From NCBI GenBank assembly GCA_000004695.1, contig CM000151.3, positions 2,624,001-2,688,000 on the forward strand: a stretch of 64,000 nucleotides of DNA, given 5' to 3'. This DNA comes from Dictyostelium discoideum. Its lineage: Eukaryota. The notes under the pieces were generated by a model. That model was not told the origin of the DNA, ran no database searches, and saw only the letters and a program-made list of their open reading frames with translations. This document shows, one piece after another, positions 54,086-64,000 of this stretch (the first letter of the stretch is position 1; each line of letters begins with the position of its first letter). The translations under genes were made by a program, and so were the position numbers.

Positions 54086-54521
54086 TAAACCTGAATTCAA
54101 TTTTATATTTAATATTTTTTTTTTACTTTTAAAATATTTTTATTTTGATTATTTGGAATTTATCTCTCTTCTGCCAATTGTTTTCATTATTATTATTATT
54201 TAATTAATTATTTAAAAAATTATCTAAAATGATACAATAATCTTTTTTTTTTCCACATATATTGGTATTTTTTTATGTATTTTTTTTTTCTTAATTATAA
54301 TTTTATTTTTTTTTCTCCATATAAATCATTTGTTTTTTTGTTTTTGGTTGGCAAAAACTAAATATAAAAAATTTTTACATTTGGTTTGTCCAATTAATTT
54401 TTTAAAAAAATTAAAATAAAAAAAAAAAACGAATAGAAATTTAATAAATGTGGTGGGTGTGAATGTATTTTTTAGTAAAACTTAATTTCATTTACTAGTT
54501 ATATATATTTTTAATTTTTAA

Positions 54522-54552
<31 letters not shown>

Positions 54553-55134
54553 TTTTTTTTTCATGGCTTTGTTGGTGATGTAGTATTATTCAAAAGCATC
54601 AGATCTGTAGTTTATCTAAAATTTTATTGGTTGTAAGGAAATTTATTTAAATTTTTATTTTATTTTATTTATTTATTATTTTAAACCACCCATAACATAA
54701 TTATTAATTTTTTTTTTTAAAAAATTTTTGATTTTATAAACACTACTTTGATAATTTAATAATTAAAATCCCTTTGACCAATATCTTATTTTTTTAAAAG
54801 CAATTTTTTATTTTTTATTTTTATTTTTTATGATCTCTTTTTTGATTTCTTTTATGATTTTATTATTTTAAGATTGCCTAGACAAGATATTTTTTTTTTT
54901 TTTTTTTTTTTTTAATAACAATAATTTAATTTTATTAATTTTAATATGAGCCAAGTATATGAAAATAAATCCAAAAATCCAATTTAAATTCCAGATAAAA
55001 AAGTAAAAAAGGTTTTTTAAAAAATTAAAAAAAAAAAAAAAAAAAAAAATGAAATTTTTTATGAACAAAATGAAATTTTAAATTAAAAAAAAATAATAAT
55101 TAATAATAAAAAAAAAAAAAAAAAAAAAAAAAAA

Positions 55135-57639
55135 ATGAAATTATTATCTCAATTTATTTCTATAATAATTATATTTTTAATAATATTTATAAGTGTAAAT
55201 AATTCTCAACAGCAGCAACAAGAAGAAGATATCATTGCAGAGGAAGAACCAAATGGTATACCAATTAATTTGAATATTATATTAATCGGATTCGATGGTA
55301 ATGGTGCATTCGAATATAATTTACCACCAGAAACCTTAAATGATCTTTTAGTTGAAACCTATCCAATTCATTATGTACATTCAATATTCGATTCAAATTA
55401 TTTAAAACCATATAATAAAGATGATGACAACAACAATGGTAATGCCAATAATAATGATGATATAGAAAAAGATAATATTGGTAAAAGATTAATTTCACAC
55501 TACGATTTAAAATACAATGTAATATCATCAAATAGAATCTCATTAGATTTATATGAACAATTATTGCAAATCAATATGAAACCAATTGAAAGCGCAACTC
55601 CATCACATGATGGTGAAACTCATTTAGTTGAAATTGAAGTTTTAGAATCTTATTTTGATAATGAAATTACAAAGATTAAATCATCATCAACTAACTCAAA
55701 TAAAGATTATAGTATAATATTTATAAATCCATCAAAAGAGAGAATATTAACAGGTAGAGCATTAAATAATAATGATAAAACAGGATTGGGAGAATTTAAA
55801 TATCAGTATAGTAAAAATGGTCAAATCACATCACCATGTTGGATAGGATCATCAAGATTCATTGTTATAGATTTAAGTGCAGGTCCATTGAAATATGGTA
55901 CAACATTACATAAATCATCTGATGAATACTATTCAGAGGGTTCAATTGGCCATGACTCAATACCAAGACTAATTGAATACTTTGTGAAGGATGGCTACAG
56001 CGGCACTTCCATTCAGGGTGCATCACCAATCGAAATCATCTCTCATATGTCTTCTTTGGTGATTACCAGTATTCAAAATGTGTTTTTACAAGATTGCAAA
56101 TTCAATTATGTACCATTATTTCAAAAGATTTTAATACCAATTCTAATTTTCAAAGATTCATCCTCTGTCAATGTCCAAAAGGATTTACTAGATTTAGAAT
56201 TAATTAAAAGACAATCCAAAAAGGTATTCCCATTCTCCACGGTTGAATTTGTATTTGCAGAACATTCAATACATGAACATAAACATATTTCAATGGCATT
56301 TTCAAAATCAATTAAATCTCATTCCTCCTTTGAAATGAATCCAACCAATGGTAAATTCTATTCAGTTAGAAAGAATTATTTAGATAGTAAAGAATTACTA
56401 TTATCACTAAAACAAGAAGATGACATTTTAGCAAGTGGTTTAATTGGTAATGATGTTTCACAAATTCCATTAAGTTTAAAAGTTTCAAATAATAATAATA
56501 ATAATAAAAATAGAAACTCACCAACACAAAAATCAAAAATTTTACCAGTTTATATTTTTGCTTTAACATCATCATCAACAAATAATGATACAAATAATTA
56601 TAATAATTTATTACTTGATAAATATCATTCCTATGCAAGTAATCAAGATGCAATTGTTGTTTTAATGTCAAATCATACATATAATAGTACATTTTATAAA
56701 GGTAATTTACCGGTACAAGTGAATTCACTTTATTCAGGTACAAGAAATATTATTGCTGGTTTAGGTTCATCTCAAGGTTTACTCGGACCAACTTTACATT
56801 ACTCTGAATCTCATAATAGGTTGGTAAATAATTTCTTATGGAGTTTTGGTTCATCACCTTGGAATTTATTCAATGGTCGTTCAAATGATGCTAGTAATGC
56901 CTTCACTGGTGGTAGTGGTGATATCTCTCAAATCTTTATCGATGCAATCATTCGTAATACCATTATAACTTCAATTCAATCATCTGAACATAATTTAAAT
57001 TTAGCATTGAATGAAATCACTAAATTCTCTTCAAAATATTTAATTGATTCATTAGGTTTTGAAATTGAAGATATCTCTTTGAATAAAGGTAATTTCATAA
57101 TTGATAGACTTTATCATACTCCACCTTCGAAATTACCAATTTTAAAATCAATTGTACAAAGATTACATAATGATTTAGAACAAATTACAAATGAAATTAC
57201 AAATCAAATTAAATCAATACCTTCTTATTTAAATTCAAAAGAATTAACATCGTATGTTATTTATTTATTTATTTATTTAATTAATTAAATAATAATAAAA
57301 TTACTAATTATATATTATTATTTTTATAGTTCACAAAAAGATAAAATTTCACAAGATTTGATAATGGTGGCAACTCAAGTTGTTGGATTTTTAGATTATG
57401 TTCATAAAGAGATATCAAATGTTGAAACACAATTACTTTGTTGTGCAATCACTCATGGTAATTCAAATAAATCTGGTGGTTTCTTTGGTAATAATCTAAA
57501 TATAATAGTTGTTGTCGTTGCAATCATTATCTCTGCAATAGTTATTAAAATTGCAAATGAACAAATATCAAATGATAAAAAGCCATTACTTATTAATAGG
57601 AATAGAAATAGAATTAGATCAAAAATAAATACAAATTAA
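55135..57639 (+). CDS. Type I membrane glycoprotein of ~808 aa (signal peptide, large ectodomain, single C-terminal TM, short basic tail), 2 exons
   Basis: Exon 1 is 55135..57251 (donor GTATGT, phase 2). Exon 2 is 57330..57639 (acceptor tttttatAG). The signal peptide is MKLLSQFISIIIIFLIIFISVNNS. The TM is IIVVVVAIIISAIVIKIA, followed by NEQISNDKKPLLINRNRNRIRSK. There are many NxS/T sites. No family assignment is possible by eye. Confidence 0.6.
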
Positions 57640-57848
57640 TAATAAAAATAAAAATACAATAATTATTTAAACACCTTTTTTAAAAATAAATTGGGAAAAA
57701 CAAAACAAATAAATAAATAAATAAATTAAAATAGATTTTTTTTTTTTTTTTTATAAGGAGGAGAAAATATTTATTTTATTTTTAAAAAAAAAGTTAAATA
57801 TTTCTTCAAAAATTTATTATTTTAATTATAAATTGTATATTAATAAAT

Positions 57849-58571
57849 TTAAGCAACGGTTGGGACGTTTTGAGTGTTGTAACCCTTCTTTTTACCGAAA
57901 CCAGCGACGGCGGCGACGTTACGTCTGTTGAAGATCATTCTCTTTTTAGCACGACCAACCTTTGGTTTTCTTTTTTCTTCCTTATCTTTCTTTGGAGTAG
58001 CGTTTCTGACTTTACCAGCACGATTCAAACCACCATGTACTTTACCTATAATTTTTCAATCAAAAAAAAAAAAAAAAGAATGAAAATATATTTTTTAAAA
58101 AAAAAAAGTTAATATAAAATTCTGCTTTATTATTGAAAGGACGAGGAAAAAAAAAAAACGGAATCCAATAAAAATAATAAAAAAATTGTATCTTTTTTTT
58201 CGATCCCTAAGTTTGTACAATTTTTCAAGGTAAATTTTGATGATAATGATTGGTTTTCTTTTTTTTATTCCCCTAAATTTTATTTTTCTCTTTTCTCTTT
58301 TTTTTTTTTTTCTTCTTTTTTTTTTTTTTGTTTTTATTATTATCATTTTCTCAGTTTTTTCCTATTTTTTTTTTAAAAAAAAACCTGCATGGTGTGTATC
58401 ATTTCATCTGTGAACTAAATGCTAAAATAGACCCCAATTTTTTTTTTTTTTTTTTCGGTTTTTTCCATTATTTATTTCTATTTTATTTTTTATTGCCAAT
58501 ATCATTATCATCAAAATTTAATTTATTACTGTAGTCAATCAAACACCGCTCCAATTTTTTTTATTATTTAT

Positions 58572-58602
<31 letters not shown>

Positions 58603-58650
58603 CTCTTTGTTTTTTTTTATATGGGTAAAATAAAAGAGAGACATACCCAT
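57849..58650 (-). CDS. rps30: 40S ribosomal protein eS30 (RPS30), 2 exons with a 4-nt first coding exon
   Basis: Exon 1 is 58647..58650 (ATGG, then GTATGT). The intron is 58046-58646. Exon 2 is 57849..58045 (acceptor ttatAG). The product is [66 protein letters not shown]. It is colinear with eS30 (KVHGSLARAGKVRGQTPKV...GRAKRR.QYNRRFVNVV..FGKKKGPN). The exon has high GC. The ORF 58095..58346 (poly-Lys) is intronic noise. Confidence 0.85.
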
Positions 58651-58727
58651 TCTGTGTTTTTTTTTTTAAGGTTGCGTAAATAAAATAAACAAAAAGAACT
58701 AAAAAAATGAAAAAAATTATTTTTGTG

Positions 58728-58764
<37 letters not shown>

Positions 58765-59189
58765 ACTCATAACCAATGTAAAAAATTTGAAAACTTTGTA
58801 ACGGCTTACATAATTTTTACATTATTTTTCTCAAACCTATAAAAAAAAAAAAAAAAAAACGAAAATTTTCGCAGAAACTTTATATCATTGTTATAATTAA
58901 TTATACAAATATTTTAATATAACAACTTTTTTTTTTTTTTTTTTTTTTTTGAATCTATTTTTTCATTATTAAATATTTGATTATTAATTTTAATTTTTTT
59001 TTTTTTTTTTTGTGTCTATTTTTCTTTTTTTTTTTTTTTTTTCTTTAACACACAAATGTCTCTGATTAATTTTTTTTTTTAAACATTTGACCCAATCTGC
59101 TTTATTTTTATTTTATTTTTTTTTATTTTTTTTTAATTTTAATTTTTTTAATTTTTTAATTTTTTTTCAAAAAAAAAAAAAAAAAAAAA

Positions 59190-60488
<1,299 letters not shown>

Positions 60489-60640
60489 ATAAGTAATAAA
60501 TAATAATTTTAATACAAAATAATAATGTATTTAAATAAATAAAATAAAATAAAAAAAAAGAAAGAAAACAAAGAAAAGAAAGAAAGAATAATATATTATT
60601 ATATTTTATATTTATATATATATTTATTTTTTATTTTTTA

Positions 60641-60691
<51 letters not shown>

Positions 60692-60716
60692 TATTTTCTT
60701 TATATGTTTATATATT

Positions 60717-62674
60717 TTATAAAGTTGGTTGAGGAATTGGAGGTGGATTTTTGTGACCTTTTGGATGAGGTAATGGGAAATCATCCATATTTGGTAAAAC
60801 CATCATTTCGAAAACTTCAGCTTTTAATTTATTGACAATGATTTTTGCTAATTTTGGCATATTTGTGAAATAACCAGTTTTAGATTGACCAATTGAAGTA
60901 TCGATTGATAATTCACATTCAGGTTCTTCATAGAAACCAATCCAAAGTCTTTTAGTTGGTGTTGGTAAACATTGTACATTTAATCTACCTTGTAATGATT
61001 TAATTAATACTGAAATTACAAATGGAATTGTAACTGAATGATTACGGAAACTAATCATAACTTCAATTTTAATTGTTAAAGTGAATCCACCATGATATGT
61101 AATTGCTATATCTGCACTCTATAATTATTATTATTTTTATTATTAAATAAAATAAAAATGAATTAATAATTACATATTTAAAATATATATATATATATAT
61201 ATATATTTTTAAAACTTACAAATTCACCTTGTGGTGTTAAATATAAAAGTTTAGCATCATTTAAAACTGGAATATTTGGACCGAAATCTAAATTTTGTAA
61301 AGTAATTGATTTAAGGATTGATGGTTTCTTTAATTTATTAATTTTTTTAGTGATTTTTTCAGCGGCAAAACCCAATAAAGTTTCAGATGCATAGAAATTA
61401 AAGAATACACGAGCCAATGCAACATTGAACCAATCGTATCTAGATTGTACTGGTTGAATTTGACTTGGTATTGATGAATTGGTATTTTGCATGAATTGAT
61501 TAGACGATAAATGAATACTACCATTTTTAGCAAATCCACTATTACCACCACTACTACTACTGCTACTACTATTGTCATTAATATCATCAATTAATGTATT
61601 AATTTGACTATCGATCATTTCATTTGAGAATGCAGAATTTGTTGAAGATGATTTCGATGCTGATCTATCTCTCAATATTGATTGTTCTTCTGTTGGTTGT
61701 GATGTTTTTGATTTAAATTTATTAATTGCAAAACTTGATAATGATGATGCTGTTGAATTTATCGATGATGATGATGATGATGATGCCGATGATGGTGTAT
61801 CAAAACTACCACCACTACCACCACCACTAGTACTACTACTATTCGTTATATTATTACTATTATTACTATTGTTATTATTATTATTATTTACATTATTTGT
61901 TACAGATGGTTGAGTTTGTTCTGGTATTGTACCAACCCTACAACTTTGTGGTATATTTAAACGTGCTGGTAACTCTTCGAAAAACTTTTTACAAATTTTC
62001 TCTTCTTGATCCTCTAATTGTGTTTTCTTTACAGTCATTGATGATGCTTCCTTTACAAACCAATACCATGTTTTTAAATCTTTTCCACAATCAAAATAAA
62101 AGTGTAAAATCTTTGAATGATATAATAAATCTCTTTCTGGTTGCATAACTGATATACAATTCTTTTTATTATATTTACTTGATCCAATTTTATTTCTAAC
62201 AATCGATACTGAACAACCATCAAAACAAATCACATTAACTGCTGATACATCCTTTGTTTTTTTTAAAAAAAAAATAATAAAAAGTAAAAAATAAAAAATA
62301 AATAATTAGCTTTAATTTTATTTATTTATTTATTTATTTATTTATTGTTTTTACCTATGTATTTATATATATATACATACATTTGGATTATTAAATAAAA
62401 ATAACATATTGTTTTTTAAGACACAATAATGCTTTTCTGGTATATTTGTTGTTGAATCTGGTAGTTTTATATAAACTTTACCTCTTTTTTCAGAGTTGTA
62501 TCTTGAAGTATCTAATTTCATTAACTTTTTCTCTGCTTCGGTCTCTTTTAACATTTCAAGATATTCTTTTTCGGTTTTTGTATCTAATGTCTCCAACAAT
62601 CGAATAAATAAATAAATTGCGCATACTATTGTGGAGAAAACTCCAAATAAAAATGAAAATATATTTATAAACAT
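60717..62674 (-). CDS. TEX2/Nvj2-like lipid-transfer protein with an N-terminal TM, a PH domain and an SMP domain, 3 exons, ~575 aa
   Basis: Exons are 62381..62674 (MFINIFSFLFGVFSTIVCAIYLFI... to ..FNNPN, then GTATGT), 61220..62251 (DVSAVNVICFDGCSVSIV...DLLYHSKILHFYFDCGKDLKTWYWFVKEAS is the PH part; ...YDWFNVALARVFFNFYASETLLGFAAEKITKKINKLKKPSILKSITLQNLDFGPNIPVLNDAKLLYLTPQGEF is the SMP start, then GTAAGT) and 60717..61118 (SADIAITYHGGFTLTIKIEV...). All are phase 0. Confidence 0.7.
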
Positions 62675-63966
62675 ATTTTCTTTTTTTATTATTTTATTAT
62701 TTAATTAATATTATTTTATAATTTATTTTTTATTATTTATTATTTTTTTTTTTTTTGAACAACATTAAAATTATTTTTTATTTTTTATTTTTTTTTTTTT
62801 ATTTTTTATTTTTTTTTTATCAATCCTTTTTATCGTACTTTTTGTTTTTATTATTATTATTTTTTATTTTTTTTTTATTGAAATAAATAAAATAAAATAG
62901 ACAAAACAAACAATAAACAAAATAAAATGCAGTGACAATATTTTCACCACATGTGCAATATTGAATTTTTTTTTTTTATTATTTTTTTTTTTTTTTATTT
63001 TTTATTTTATTTTTTTTTTATTTTTTTTTTTGTTTTTTACAAACTTAATTAAATGAGGAAAAAAAAAAAAAAATGAAAAAAAATTTGAAAAAAACAGAAA
63101 TTCGCCAGTCAAATATCTGACATTGTCATCAAAAAAAAAAAATCCTGAGAATTAAAAAAAATTATTTGGGTATCATTTTAATGATTAAAGGATAAATACA
63201 TTGTAATATAATAAAATAAAATAAAATAAAATAAAATAAAATAAAATAAATAAAAACAAACAAAACAAAAATAAAATAAATGATAAAAAATAAATAAATT
63301 ATAAAAAAATAATAAAAAGAATTTCAAGATCAAAAAATTAATTCAGTGGGTGTTGTTTTGACCATTATAACTTTCAATTTTTTTTAAAAAAAAAAAGAAT
63401 AAATAAATAAAAATAATAAATTTTTTTTTTTTTTTTTTTTTTATTACCATTTATTACATGTAATTTTTAAATTTTTTTTTTTATTTGTATTAATTTATCC
63501 TTATATTCAATTTTAAGAATATATAGTAATAAATAACAAAACAATAGTAATATGACACAAAGAATTTTATTATATAATTTAAAATAAATTATTATCTTTT
63601 TTTAAATTTTTTAATTTTTTAATTTTTTTTTTTTAATTTTTTATTTTTTCTTTTGTGTTTAAAAACAAAGCAGGAAAAAGAAAAATTAAATAAAAAAAAG
63701 TGGAGTGAGAAAATCTAAAATTTTGCATATAATCTAAAAAAAAACATCATTTTATTAATATCTGGAAAAAAAAAAAAAAACAAAAAAAAAAAAAAAAAAA
63801 AAAAAAACCATTTGAATAAAAAAAAATATTTTAATTTAATTTAAAATTAAAAACAGGTTAACACTTAAAAAGGAAGGGATATTAACTTTTTATATAATTT
63901 TTTTATATAAACAAAAAAATTGGGAAAAAAAAATAAAAATAATTTTTATAATAATAATTTTAATAA

Positions 63967-64000
<34 letters not shown>

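Noticed and set aside
58095-58346. 83-aa poly-Lys/Arg ORF
   Set aside because: It lies inside the first intron of rps30 and is A-rich intron sequence read as lysine codons.

Overview
This 64 kb window is AT-rich (about 75-80% A+T) nuclear DNA with poly-Asn/Gln/Thr coding tracts, short AT-rich GT..AG introns and (AAT)n microsatellites, which together are characteristic of Dictyostelium discoideum. It is mostly ordinary gene-dense chromosome with about 25 protein-coding genes. Those I can name from sequence are: a DyP-type peroxidase (5' part), a histidine ammonia-lyase, a peroxisomal D-amino-acid oxidase ending in -SKL, a PDR-type ABCG transporter, a hotdog thioesterase-like protein, the tRNA-splicing endonuclease subunit Sen34, MBF1, mitochondrial ribosomal protein L20, a FNIP-repeat protein, a RING-CH protein, a TOM1/THH1-like 7TM protein, ribosomal protein eS30, an oligoribonuclease, and a TEX2/Nvj2-like PH+SMP protein. 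The remaining genes are giant low-complexity proteins of unknown function. The clearly non-routine part is 30.5-39.1 kb. It holds an apparently intact tRNA-gene-targeted non-LTR retrotransposon of TRE5-A (DRE) architecture on the minus strand. Its 5' end sits exactly 48 bp upstream of a tRNA-Leu(UAA) gene and carries about 8.2 tandem copies of a 199-bp module. It is followed by a truncated cytochrome P450 pseudogene, a tRNA-Thr(AGU) gene and a (CAAA)n microsatellite. Downstream of that, two adjacent genes look decayed: a TPR/Sel1 + MYND gene of elevated GC with a nonsense codon and at least five frameshifts, and a FNIP-repeat protein kinase with a frameshift in the catalytic loop. I found no prokaryotic features, CRISPR arrays or rRNA. 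All calls come from reading the sequence and ORF track by eye. Exon boundaries are hand-derived and should be checked against cDNA or a gene finder.
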